A stretch of 55,692 nt of DNA, taken from positions 1 through 55,692 of the IMG/VR virus record IMGVR_UViG_3300035701_000039. One strand, written 5' to 3'. Positions 16,509 through 25,451 of this stretch are shown here, one piece after another (position 1 is the stretch's first letter; every line of letters starts with the position of its first letter). The stretch is from a virus (taxonomy: Duplodnaviria; Caudoviricetes). The notes beneath the pieces are model-generated. The model worked only from the letters and a program-made list of their open reading frames with translations, made no database searches and was not told the DNA's origin. The position numbers and the translations under genes were made by a program.

Positions 16509-18527
16509 TTGGGCTGGTTGTCCGGTTGGGGTAGAAAACGTGTCAAACTTACAATAGATGCCGATGACATTGACGCCGACTTAACAGATTTTCCTATTCT
16601 AGTCTACATATCAGCAAGTTCTGGAATCAATGCCGAGGATATGAGTTGTGTCTTTGATGAATTAATTTCGGATGCTAACAGGAAGAAGATAGCGGTTACA
16701 ACAGGCGATGGCGTAACTGAGTGCAAAGTTGAAATAGAGAAATGGGATGACGCTAATGAAAAGGCTTGGTTGTGGGTTAAAGTTCCCACAATAGACGATG
16801 CAAATAACACGGATCTGTACCTTTATTATGATCGCAATCATGCCGACAATGATGCTAATGTCGGTGATCCAGAATCAACTCCTGCCATGGCTGTTTGGGA
16901 TACTAATTTCTTGTTAGTTCAACACATGGAAGATACTGTCCTTGGTGAAGTTTGGGTTAGGCAGGGCAACTGTATAGGTCCAATCGCCGATCAATGGATC
17001 CTCGAATCTTCGGTTATATATGATATTGATCCCCAAATTCTTACTGGAGAAACGAATGTTTTTAAGATGTGGTACCTGAACGAGAATGCTGGAAGTTATG
17101 GTATTTATTATGCCGAATCTACAGATGGACTGTCTTGGACACTCTATAGCAGCAATCCTGTTTTAGCGAGCATACGCAGGGTTTCCATATTTAAAGATGG
17201 TTCAACATTTTATCTATACGGCAGTCCTGATGACGTAAATATTAAACGTTATCACAGTTCTGACGGTTTAAGCTGGACTGATGATGGAATAGTTCTTAGT
17301 CCGAGTGGCAGTGGGTGGGACAGTGTAAGATGCGTTAATTCTTTCGTTTGGAAAGAATCAGCTAATGACTGGAGAATGCTGTACGAAGCGGAAGGAAGTT
17401 TTTGGCAAATTGGTTATGCTACATCCACCGACGGTTTGTCTTGGTCTAAAAGTGGGAGCAACCCAGTAATTCCTGCTCCTAGTGGTGGAGTTCGTGGTGG
17501 TCCATTCGTACAGAAAATAGGTTCCACTTACTGGTGTTGGTGTCATGGTTCAACTGGTGGATTTCTACCAACGGACATTTATCGTTACTATAGCACTAAT
17601 TTAACATCTTGGACGCAAAGTCCTTCTGGAATTGATTTCGCTCGGACTGATTCAGATGAGGGTCCGAGTAGTGGTGCTGGACAAGTCGCGGATCCAAGCT
17701 TGTTAGAAATGGGCGGCAATGTCTACATGTGGTACACGGCCTGTATAACTCAAAACAGCGGAGACATGCACATTAAACTAGCAAAGGCGACTGGGACTTT
17801 TGCTCAAATTATTCTTGCTCCAATAATTTTAGATTCCACAACTAACAACTTGGACGGTACAAAGAAAGACGGTACTCACCCCGCCGTAAACACTAATAGC
17901 AAAATAGCTCATGGTCAGACTCAAGCTTCTGCGGATTACATTGACTTTGGAACTTCAGCAATTTTAAAACCTACTAGTGTCACTGTAGAAGCGTGGGTGA
18001 AAAGTTCTGCCGATACCGGATATATTTTTTGCAAATCATGCGACAATAAGGGTGGACATGTGGCTTATGGTGTGAATTGGGGCGTTTACGCCGCTGGAAA
18101 AATATGGGTCCGCATACAAAAAACTAATGGCGGTTTAAGCCCAACATTTTTAGATTTGAGCGTAACCGTGGCAACAATGAATGATGGCAACTGGCATCAT
18201 GTGACTTTTACTTATGGCGGAGTTGGTACTCCTATAAATCTCTATTATGATGGAGTATTAATAGGCACATCGGCGAATGGAGTAGCTCTTCTTTACGTGT
18301 CAGATATGAATGCTGGAACAGCAGAATATGATATTGTTGGGTGGGAAATTCCATTCGTAGGGGTTTTAGATGAGTTAAGGATTTCTGGTACCGCAAGAGC
18401 GGCTGGTTGGGTTAAGGCGACCTATGAAACCGGAAGGGATCATTTGTTGGTTTGGGGAACGGAAGAATTATTGCCAAGAGGGGCAGGTTCAATTATTCCC
18501 TTTATGGAGGAGATGATCCTTGGCTGA
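16509..18527 (+). CDS. DUF2341 + glycoside-hydrolase-like beta-propeller + LamG/concanavalin adhesin
   Basis: DLTDFPILV, EIEKWD, WVKVP, LYLYY; four YxxSxDGxxW-like repeats; DGNWHHV, LYYDG, LDELRIS. Confidence 0.85.
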   Translation: MGWLSGWGRKRVKLTIDADDIDADLTDFPILVYISASSGINAEDMSCVFDELISDANRKKIAVTTGDGVTECKVEIEKWDDANEKAWLWVKVPTIDDANNTDLYLYYDRNHADNDANVGDPESTPAMAVWDTNFLLVQHMEDTVLGEVWVRQGNCIGPIADQWILESSVIYDIDPQILTGETNVFKMWYLNENAGSYGIYYAESTDGLSWTLYSSNPVLASIRRVSIFKDGSTFYLYGSPDDVNIKRYHSSDGLSWTDDGIVLSPSGSGWDSVRCVNSFVWKESANDWRMLYEAEGSFWQIGYATSTDGLSWSKSGSNPVIPAPSGGVRGGPFVQKIGSTYWCWCHGSTGGFLPTDIYRYYSTNLTSWTQSPSGIDFARTDSDEGPSSGAGQVADPSLLEMGGNVYMWYTACITQNSGDMHIKLAKATGTFAQIILAPIILDSTTNNLDGTKKDGTHPAVNTNSKIAHGQTQASADYIDFGTSAILKPTSVTVEAWVKSSADTGYIFCKSCDNKGGHVAYGVNWGVYAAGKIWVRIQKTNGGLSPTFLDLSVTVATMNDGNWHHVTFTYGGVGTPINLYYDGVLIGTSANGVALLYVSDMNAGTAEYDIVGWEIPFVGVLDELRISGTARAAGWVKATYETGRDHLLVWGTEELLPRGAGSIIPFMEEMILG

Positions 18528-18807
18528 AGAAGGAAGCTTCTGGACGAGCGATGAAGGCATACTTCTCCGTTTAGAAGATCTAGCCGGGGACTTCACCTTT
18601 AAGACTTACAATGGGGCGCTGCTGGGGAATTTCAAAGAGGCAGGGTTCGAGAAGCTCGTTTGGGTAGGAGTGGAGGATGACAAGATCTGTGAGGATTGCC
18701 TAGACCACGTCGGACGGGTTTGGAGGTCCTATGGGTTTCTACCTAAGATGCCGAGGCATGTTGGCTGTCGTTGCTGTTGGGATGTAGAAATTTCATTGGA
18801 GGATTGA
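18520..18807 (+). CDS. Minimal MuF-like head morphogenesis protein
   Basis: WxxxxDDKICEDC...PRHVGCRCCW. Confidence 0.8.
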   Translation: MAEEGSFWTSDEGILLRLEDLAGDFTFKTYNGALLGNFKEAGFEKLVWVGVEDDKICEDCLDHVGRVWRSYGFLPKMPRHVGCRCCWDVEISLED

Positions 18808-18811
18808 CGGT

Positions 18812-18880
18812 TTGGAGAAGAGTTATCTGGCAGGTCTATTTGACGGTGAAGGTTGCGTTTCATTAATAGAATTAAAATAA
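18812..18880 (+). pseudogene. LAGLIDADG homing endonuclease remnant
   Basis: Translates to LEKSYLAGLFDGEGCVSLIELK*. Confidence 0.8.
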
Positions 18881-18900
18881 AATGAGGAGGAAAAGAAAGA

Positions 18901-19269
18901 ATGACTGAAGTGAAAGACCTAACCTATTCGAAGAGTCAAAGGAAGTCTAAACTGAAAGAGATCGTCGGACCAGACGGCACTAAGCATCAAGTGCCACAGG
19001 AATATTGGAGGGCAACAGTCCTAAGAGACCCGATGGGAGCAACGGCACAATTGGCTGCTCGGAACAAGGATCCTGACCTTGAGAAGATTAGGATAATGGA
19101 CATACCCATCAAATCTTTCGTCGAGGCGCCGATCATAGATCTGGAGAAGCCAAATGAACCGATTCAACCGCCCATCATTTCTAGACCGTTGATTTCAAAT
19201 CTCAGTCAGGACACGGCAAAGCGATTAGGATTTAGGTCTGAGCAAGAAGGTAAAACGAAGAAGAAGTGA
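18901..19269 (+). CDS. Hypothetical head-module protein
   Basis: 122-aa ORF with a strong GAGGAGG ribosome-binding site. Confidence 0.7.
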   Translation: MTEVKDLTYSKSQRKSKLKEIVGPDGTKHQVPQEYWRATVLRDPMGATAQLAARNKDPDLEKIRIMDIPIKSFVEAPIIDLEKPNEPIQPPIISRPLISNLSQDTAKRLGFRSEQEGKTKKK

Positions 19270-19273
19270 GAAA

Positions 19274-19687
19274 ATGAGGTTGGATCCGAATAGCGTGATT
19301 AAGCGGCCTAGATTTTTGACTTCAACTCGAAGACCCGGGTATGATATAGACTTTCATCCTCGCGCTTTTGACAAACCTCTCGCATGTCGGGTTGGAAGAC
19401 ATCCTACTCTAAGAAGGATCATTGGTCCCGGTGGCATACCCCATCTCTATTGCCCCAAATGTGGTTCAAGCATTGGGGAAGGTCTGCATACCGGAACGTG
19501 GAGCAAAGACGACATAGACCGTTTGACGAAGATCAAGCAGGGATTATATTCGGCTCAGAAACCTAGGACGAAGAAAGAGATAATGAATGAGGCTTGGGAG
19601 AAGCACCAAGCATCGGCGGGTCAACGTAAGGAACGAATGGAAGCTTCGATTGAGAGGTTTGTAAAAGAGCGAATGCTCGATGAATGA
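19274..19687 (+). CDS. Zn-finger protein
   Basis: CxxxxH...CPKC; IIGPGG resembles IVGPDG in the upstream gene. Confidence 0.65.
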   Translation: MRLDPNSVIKRPRFLTSTRRPGYDIDFHPRAFDKPLACRVGRHPTLRRIIGPGGIPHLYCPKCGSSIGEGLHTGTWSKDDIDRLTKIKQGLYSAQKPRTKKEIMNEAWEKHQASAGQRKERMEASIERFVKERMLDE

Positions 19688-21455
19688 CTTTTCTTCTAAG
19701 CCTATTAAGTTTCTTTATTTTGAAATAGCTAGGCTTAGGACCCTCTACGATTCTAAACCAGAAATACGTGAGGCTATAATAGAACGGTATGGGCAGGTAG
19801 TGAAGGAACTTGATGGTAGAGGAGCCAAATGGTTCTGGGCACCTCATCTAATAGACCAATTCATTGACATCAAGAAGGCCTTTATTAAACCCAACAAGCC
19901 GGCATGGAGGATCTTTACTCCAGAAGAAGTCTTTGACATTTCCGGATTTGAACTTCCTGTTCTGGTTGACGTCAAGATAGATGGGATGAGGCTTCAGATC
20001 CATAATGATGCTGGGGTACAAATCTATTCTGAAGATGAGGGCCTGAACAAGACTCATAAATTCAAGGAACCTCTAGAGGACATTAAGAAACTGCCGGAAG
20101 GAACGATCCTAGACGCCGAAGGGGTTCTAGTCGCTGATGGACAGGTTCTTCATAGGACTAGTTTCATTGGTTACGTTAACGGGAAGGGGTTTGACGAGGA
20201 GAAGGACAAGCAGACTGAATTTTGGGTCTTTGACGTCCTCAGATGGGGAAATAAGGATCTTACCGATGAGCCATTATCAGTCCGGTTATCCTACCTAAAG
20301 AAGGTTCCGGAATGCAAGCACCTGAAGGTGTTCAAGGCCGGGGAAGAAGCTTTCATCTGTAAGACTAGAGAAGAGGTTCTAACCGCGGTCAAGAAGGTTG
20401 CAGGGAAGAAAGGATCAGAAGGGGCAATGATTAAACTCCTTTCCAGCACATACGTCAAGGACATTCATAATAAAGGCTGGATAAAACTCAAGAACCTCAA
20501 GGAGGTAGACTGTCTAGTAGTTGAGATTGAACAACCCAAACACCAGAAGGGTCCTTTAGAAGGCAAACCGGTTGAGGGAGTATTCAACTATCATGTGGCT
20601 GCTGGTCCATACCCGGAAGCAGATGGTAAGGTTCTTCTAGACAAGGTTTCAACTAAAGTCCGAGAGTATGAGGGGAAAGTCTATGCTCACCTCGGTAAGA
20701 CCTTTAATACCGAGATCAAGGCGAAGGTTGGGGACATAATAAGGGTCTGGTCACCGGAAATAAACAGGTATGAGGTTAAGGATACGAAACTTTATACTTA
20801 TGGAATCTATGAACCCAAGGTTCTGGAATGGGTTCACGAGAGGAATATACCGGATAGTCTGAACGTCCTCAATCGTTTGGCGGAACAGACTTCAGAATTA
20901 CATCCAAGAGAAGTTAATAAGGCTGGGGATTGGTGTGTAGATGGCGGAGGAAATTGGATCACGATTTCCGGTACTCATGTCTGCGTGGGTATTAAAGATC
21001 AAATGGAATTTCAAGGGTCCAACCCTATTCAGGAGACTCGAGTTCGAGCAGCTTTATCTAGACTACCTTTGGGAGATCGTAAAGACTTCAAAAGGGTTTA
21101 TATCCGGGATAGGTTGAATCTATCCGGATATGACGCCACTTTTAAGAGGGATGTTGATGGTTCTTCTTCCATGTTCGTGGCGAAAGAGACTTTGGAAGGT
21201 GAGGACTGGAACAATTTTTCTAATCACGTCATTTCTCACGAAGTAGGTCATAATGTATTCGTTAGAAATCTGACCGAAGATCAGTCTTCGGATTGGAGAA
21301 CTTTCTTCTATGACGCAAAAGATAGTTTTCCGTCCGAGCATTCGCAAATAAATCCGGATGAAGGGTTCGCTGAGGCCTATAGCAGATATCAAACTGGTTT
21401 GCCACTCGATCCCAAAATAAAGGATAAGATTGAGGGACTCGGGATAAAGAGATGA
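19680..21455 (+). CDS. ATP-dependent DNA ligase fused to a C-terminal zincin-like metallopeptidase
   Basis: KIDGMR (motif I), LDAEG (III), VFDVL (IIIa), EGAMIK (IV), WIKLK (V), OB-like region; then WITISGTH, HEVGH and EGFAEAY. Confidence 0.9.
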   Translation: MNDFSSKPIKFLYFEIARLRTLYDSKPEIREAIIERYGQVVKELDGRGAKWFWAPHLIDQFIDIKKAFIKPNKPAWRIFTPEEVFDISGFELPVLVDVKIDGMRLQIHNDAGVQIYSEDEGLNKTHKFKEPLEDIKKLPEGTILDAEGVLVADGQVLHRTSFIGYVNGKGFDEEKDKQTEFWVFDVLRWGNKDLTDEPLSVRLSYLKKVPECKHLKVFKAGEEAFICKTREEVLTAVKKVAGKKGSEGAMIKLLSSTYVKDIHNKGWIKLKNLKEVDCLVVEIEQPKHQKGPLEGKPVEGVFNYHVAAGPYPEADGKVLLDKVSTKVREYEGKVYAHLGKTFNTEIKAKVGDIIRVWSPEINRYEVKDTKLYTYGIYEPKVLEWVHERNIPDSLNVLNRLAEQTSELHPREVNKAGDWCVDGGGNWITISGTHVCVGIKDQMEFQGSNPIQETRVRAALSRLPLGDRKDFKRVYIRDRLNLSGYDATFKRDVDGSSSMFVAKETLEGEDWNNFSNHVISHEVGHNVFVRNLTEDQSSDWRTFFYDAKDSFPSEHSQINPDEGFAEAYSRYQTGLPLDPKIKDKIEGLGIKR

Positions 21456-22228
21456 AGAAGAAGATTTACTTAGATTCAAAATTCAACTCAGTTCCTAAAT
21501 CTGGGGCCAAATATGAGGTTGAATTAACCATAGAAGATGAACAGACAGTCGAGGAAAAATGGAAAATTCTGACTGAAAAGGACCGGGTCGCTAAGCAGGA
21601 TGAAGGCGGGGATGGAGGACATTGGGTCACGGTTAACGGACGACACATCTTCATCGGGGATGAGGAGCAGGGGAATTGGGAAGTCAATTATGAGAAGGTG
21701 TCTGGTTCAAGGCAGAAAGTCGGAGAGAAGACTTACCTTTACAATCAGGATTCAGATGCCTTTCCCGAAGAAGAAAAGAAGAAGATCAGTTCAGCCCTTT
21801 TACTAGAGGACAACAAGATTAAGAATAGATTTTCTTCTGTCCTCTTAACCAAAGGGAAGGACTATTTTGGAATGAATTGGAGGGAATTTGACGGTGAGAA
21901 ATGGGCTAACACCTTGGAAATTTCTAATTCGTCTCCTGAAGCCGTAATGACGATGGAGCATGAGTTCGGGCACGAATACACCAATTACGCCCGGGAAGAA
22001 GGATTGAATGAAGAATTCGAAACGGACTTTAAGAAGGCACGAAAAACTGACGGTTTAGATACAAGCGCATTTTCTCTTACCCCGGAACAGTCCAAGAAAG
22101 ATATAGATGAAGACATCGCTAATGCCTACGCCGCCTACGTCGTGGATCCAAAAGCCCTTAAAGAGGCCAGCCCCAATCGTTACGAAGCCATTAGGGGTCT
22201 GGTTGAGAAGGTGAGGGGTAAACCATGA
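21452..22228 (+). CDS. Zincin-like metallopeptidase with WVTVNGRH motif
   Basis: GGHWVTVNGRHIFI, HEFGH, EDIANAY, LKEASPNRY. Confidence 0.75.
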   Translation: MKKKIYLDSKFNSVPKSGAKYEVELTIEDEQTVEEKWKILTEKDRVAKQDEGGDGGHWVTVNGRHIFIGDEEQGNWEVNYEKVSGSRQKVGEKTYLYNQDSDAFPEEEKKKISSALLLEDNKIKNRFSSVLLTKGKDYFGMNWREFDGEKWANTLEISNSSPEAVMTMEHEFGHEYTNYAREEGLNEEFETDFKKARKTDGLDTSAFSLTPEQSKKDIDEDIANAYAAYVVDPKALKEASPNRYEAIRGLVEKVRGKP

Positions 22229-23634
22229 AGATAGAGAGGATCACCGAAGAAAAGATTGAGACGATCATGGTCTCAGATGAGAATTTCAATTTAGTCATTT
22301 ATGCCTCACCCGGGAAAATGAAGGACGAGGATATTGAGGGGATCATTGAGGATTATCGGCGAAGGAAAGAAACCAAAGGATTTTCTAAGGTTGAGAAGAA
22401 AGAATCTGATTCCATGTATCTACCTCGTCATTCTTGCATGCTCATCTGGTCCGGGGTCAAGACACTGATAGTGAAGGAGAAACACTTTGAAGGCATGCTC
22501 AAGAAGAAAATGAACCTCTGCGATGACAATTACAAATATGGGGACATCATTCTCACTCGGATGTTTGAGATGTCTAGGGAAGAAGTCGACAGGAGTAGGA
22601 AGAGGAGCAGGTTAACGGATCTGGACATGGAGGACTGGAAGGGAGCTAAAATCTTCTACGGGTATGACTTTGAATTCGAACCTTTAGAGGAACCGCAAGA
22701 GGTTAAGGTTCCACATGGCGCCCAAACCTTCTTTAATATCGAGAAGGCTGAAGGTCCTACCTTACCTGAATACGAGGGACTGGCTAAACCGGGTGAACCG
22801 TTACCAGACAAATATTACAAGTTCCATTCTAATGTCAAGGATCCTAAGTTCGTACTTCAGAGGCATTATCCGACTGGGAAGAAGGTGCCGATAAAACCGG
22901 GTGAAGAAGAACCTCAGATGTATAAGAGCTTCGTAGTCGAGTATGATGAGAAACACCCTGAGGCTTTGACCGGTCTAATGTCTGATCTGATAGACCAATA
23001 CGAGGAACTAGACGAGAAGGAACGGGTCAAGATCGAGAAGAGTACGTTTGGGGTCCTCTTCGAGGGTTTAGTGGTTAAGATCCGAGACCATTTGGATCTG
23101 AGGATGGAGATAAGCGATTCTAAATTAGTAGGTGTCACCATTCACCCACCGGTCCCGGGAGGAATAACGGCTTGGGACGCCTTTAAATCTCGCATGACTG
23201 GCGAAGAAAAGACTCAGGTCACGCCTAAGTACGAACACCCTCATCCTTGGCTGACTAGGGAAGGAGAATTAAGATTTCCAACGAGGCACAAGGAACCTCA
23301 AGAGGCCCATTACCTAGAAGTCGCTAGGATGGACATCATAGACACTGGACCGGTTAAGTTCGGGGTTCAGAGGGAAGACCTGCATGAATTCTTCTTCTAT
23401 GGGAAGATTTTAAAAGGCCGATGGGTGATAAGGAAGCTGAAGATAGGAACAGAAGCAGCTCATTGGGCTTGGTTGCTAATGAAACCATCCGACCAGAGAC
23501 CATTAGACCCTGTTCTGCATCGGGATAATGGGCACATTAAGATAGAACGAGTAGCTGAGCCAACGACAGAAGAACGTTCCCATATAGAAGAAGAGACTCA
23601 AGCGGCTAGGGCGGAAAGAGGACAGGAAATTTAG
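22225..23634 (+). CDS. ASCH-like domain + LigD-type 3'-phosphoesterase domain protein
   Basis: MYL...LIWSGVKTLIVK (ASCH-like); FVLQRH, HLDLRME, IDTG, FYGKILKGRW (LigD PE motifs). Confidence 0.8.
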   Translation: MKIERITEEKIETIMVSDENFNLVIYASPGKMKDEDIEGIIEDYRRRKETKGFSKVEKKESDSMYLPRHSCMLIWSGVKTLIVKEKHFEGMLKKKMNLCDDNYKYGDIILTRMFEMSREEVDRSRKRSRLTDLDMEDWKGAKIFYGYDFEFEPLEEPQEVKVPHGAQTFFNIEKAEGPTLPEYEGLAKPGEPLPDKYYKFHSNVKDPKFVLQRHYPTGKKVPIKPGEEEPQMYKSFVVEYDEKHPEALTGLMSDLIDQYEELDEKERVKIEKSTFGVLFEGLVVKIRDHLDLRMEISDSKLVGVTIHPPVPGGITAWDAFKSRMTGEEKTQVTPKYEHPHPWLTREGELRFPTRHKEPQEAHYLEVARMDIIDTGPVKFGVQREDLHEFFFYGKILKGRWVIRKLKIGTEAAHWAWLLMKPSDQRPLDPVLHRDNGHIKIERVAEPTTEERSHIEEETQAARAERGQEI

Positions 23635-23975
23635 GCTCTTATACCGTCGAAGGTTATTGTCAGGGCTATTTGAATCTTGAATTCTAACTGTAATAATTCC
23701 CTAATCCCTTCAGACGTTATGAAGTACTGATGTCGGAAACGATCTGGCTTCGTACGACCTAAACCCGGTCTGGTTCTAAGCCAAGGCAATTTTTCTAAAC
23801 TTGAGGATATGAAATTCTTCTTCTTCAATTCGGCTATGAGAGAATAGAAATGGCCTAAGGGGAAGTCGAATTGAAGGGCGGACATCTTCTTCCTGATCTG
23901 GTAACGAGTGATGTAAGGATGGTCCTTGAGCACCTTGAGGATTATGCATTTTTCTAGGATATACTTGTCTCTCAT
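23631..23975 (-). CDS. PadR-like winged-helix regulator
   Basis: ILKVL...YQIRKK...FYSLIAELKKKNFI...YFITSEG. Confidence 0.8.
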   Translation of the reverse strand: MRDKYILEKCIILKVLKDHPYITRYQIRKKMSALQFDFPLGHFYSLIAELKKKNFISSSLEKLPWLRTRPGLGRTKPDRFRHQYFITSEGIRELLQLEFKIQIALTITFDGIRA

Positions 23976-25063
23976 ACGTGGTACTTCTCGGGGTGAATGA
24001 ATAGGTTTATTATATGGGGTAAATGACTTAGGTCCTTAAAGTTATTGGAATTGAGACGGAGGATCCTGATGCCGAATGAACCAATGTACCTATCCCGTTC
24101 AGCGTCTCTCTCCTTCTGTCCCGGAATAGCAGTATGAAATATACCATCTACCTCAATTAGGAGCATTCGATCGAAGTCAAAGAAGTCCAGATGGTAGAAG
24201 GAACCCCTAGATTTAGATTTAAGCAAAGTGGACAATAAGGTGGCAATTCGCGCACAGAAGTTGAATAATGGACAATAATTCTTTCTGTGGTAATTTATAA
24301 ATTTCAAGCCATGATTCTCCCGTTTGACGTCCAAATCTATGATGGAAGACAAGAACTCTTGGATCTGTCGTCCCACATATTGAACATTCGCCGCCGAGAG
24401 TCTGGATAAGTTTAAGACGCATTTTCCTTTTAAATCTTCTTTCATTTTCTTGTTGTTTCGGAAGAATTTTTCTCTTATTCTTGGAGTAATATTCTCGTTT
24501 GTACTGTTTAAGCTTTTCTTTATTCTTGAGTCGCCATTTATGCTGCTGTTCTCGGTATTTATCCGGATACTTTGCCCGCCAACGATAGACAGCCGCCTTC
24601 CAGACTTCAGGGTGTTTCTGGTAATGTCTTCTATTTGCTTCACTTGCGGGCATGAATCGTTTCTCTCCGAACAACTCCTTAGATAGAGTAAAGTTAATTG
24701 GGTTATATAATCTTTACTAATTTTTGATGGGAATGGACAATTATGGATGAAATTGTTCTCCTCATTAAGGAGGACTAAAGCGGCGAAGGTGTATTCCTCT
24801 AGGGTGGACCAGCAGTTGATGTAATACCGTTTAGACACGTTCGAAGAATACTTGATGAAGGCCCGTTCCTTAGCTGAAGTCGGAGGCATTGGCCGCTTAA
24901 TCGCCTTCAAGAAGGCTCTGTAACCATTGAACCTGTGCATGATCATGTCATAGAGGAAAGGATCCTTCTTCTTGACCTTCTGGTATCTGGGCGAGTGATG
25001 TGGATCCGGGAATAGGGAAATGAAGATTTTCTTCAGTCTCTGTCTAGTCCAAGGATCATTCAT
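23972..25063 (-). CDS. DUF559 / Vsr-like endonuclease interrupted by a 510-bp in-frame insertion
   Basis: STLE...FIHNCPFPSK and SRGSFYHLDFF...IEVDGIFH...RDAERD...GIRILR flank the insert; likely start ATG 25063. Confidence 0.75.
   Translation of the reverse strand: MNDPWTRQRLKKIFISLFPDPHHSPRYQKVKKKDPFLYDMIMHRFNGYRAFLKAIKRPMPPTSAKERAFIKYSSNVSKRYYINCWSTLEEYTFAALVLLNEENNFIHNCPFPSKISKDYITQLTLLYLRSCSERNDSCPQVKQIEDITRNTLKSGRRLSIVGGQSIRINTENSSINGDSRIKKSLNSTNENITPRIREKFFRNNKKMKEDLKGKCVLNLSRLSAANVQYVGRQIQEFLSSIIDLDVKRENHGLKFINYHRKNYCPLFNFCARIATLLSTLLKSKSRGSFYHLDFFDFDRMLLIEVDGIFHTAIPGQKERDAERDRYIGSFGIRILRLNSNNFKDLSHLPHIINLFIHPEKYHV
24212..24721 (-). mobile_element. Promoter + HNH cassette inserted in the DUF559 gene
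   Basis: 510 bp between repeated Ser-Lys codons (TCAAAA / TCTAAA); TTATATAA at 24703-24710; HNH ORF fills the rest. Confidence 0.7.
24219..24674 (-). CDS. HNH homing endonuclease (nested, alternative frame)
   Basis: Basic helical N-terminus; LGGECSICG...FHH...LLCANCH. Confidence 0.88.
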   Translation of the reverse strand: MFGEKRFMPASEANRRHYQKHPEVWKAAVYRWRAKYPDKYREQQHKWRLKNKEKLKQYKREYYSKNKRKILPKQQENERRFKRKMRLKLIQTLGGECSICGTTDPRVLVFHHRFGRQTGESWLEIYKLPQKELLSIIQLLCANCHLIVHFA

Positions 25064-25226
25064 TTCTCTCTTTAAACTTCTTGACAAATTCCATCATGCC
25101 CTTAAAGATGTCTAACTTCTTTGTCAGGCCCAATAACTCTCCGATGTACCAGAAGTCTGAATACTCCTTCGTGGTCAGGTCTAGAAGAAGCTTCTTCCCC
25201 TTAGGTTTCTTATCATTAGGGTTCAA
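25056..25226 (-). CDS. Small RHH-like regulator
   Basis: 3' part of ORF 25056..25346; TTG at 25226 after GGAGGGAG; KKLLLDLT followed by two helices. Confidence 0.55.
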   Translation of the reverse strand: MNPNDKKPKGKKLLLDLTTKEYSDFWYIGELLGLTKKLDIFKGMMEFVKKFKERNE

Positions 25227-25386
25227 GTTTAGCTCCCTCCTTAACCTTCTTCTTGATGTAGTCACGAAAGGCCTCTTCTGCGGCATCATAAAGTTTAGTC
25301 TTAGCCACGCTCGAAGTAGACCTGAATTTCGTCCATAGGACATCATCCACTTCGACCATTACCTTTTTCCTAGTCAACTTAGACAA
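25216..25386 (-). CDS. Ribbon-helix-helix protein (56 aa, not in ORF track)
   Basis: MSKLTRKKVMVEVDDVLWTKFRS...LYDAAEEAFRDYI. Confidence 0.75.
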   Translation of the reverse strand: MSKLTRKKVMVEVDDVLWTKFRSTSSVAKTKLYDAAEEAFRDYIKKKVKEGAKLEP

Positions 25387-25387
25387 C

Positions 25388-25451
25388 TCTTAATAGTATT
25401 AAAGCTCAGACTAGTTAATAAACTTTTAAATTTTGATGATAGGGTATATTA
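25388..25451. promoter_or_regulatory. Divergent AT-rich promoter region (RHH operon vs protease-capsid operon)
   Basis: Adjacent, oppositely oriented TATA-like boxes TTTATTAA (-) and TTTTAAAT (+). Confidence 0.6.

Noticed and set aside
24212-24721. Intein or canonical BHB / group I intron
   Set aside because: No C/S...HN-C/S/T intein ends; no 4-bp central helix with two 3-nt bulges found; too little non-coding sequence for a group I core
25056-25346. 96-aa ORF as listed in the track
   Set aside because: Better explained by two shorter genes (25216..25386 and 25056..25226); the listed N-terminus is an off-frame reading of the RHH gene
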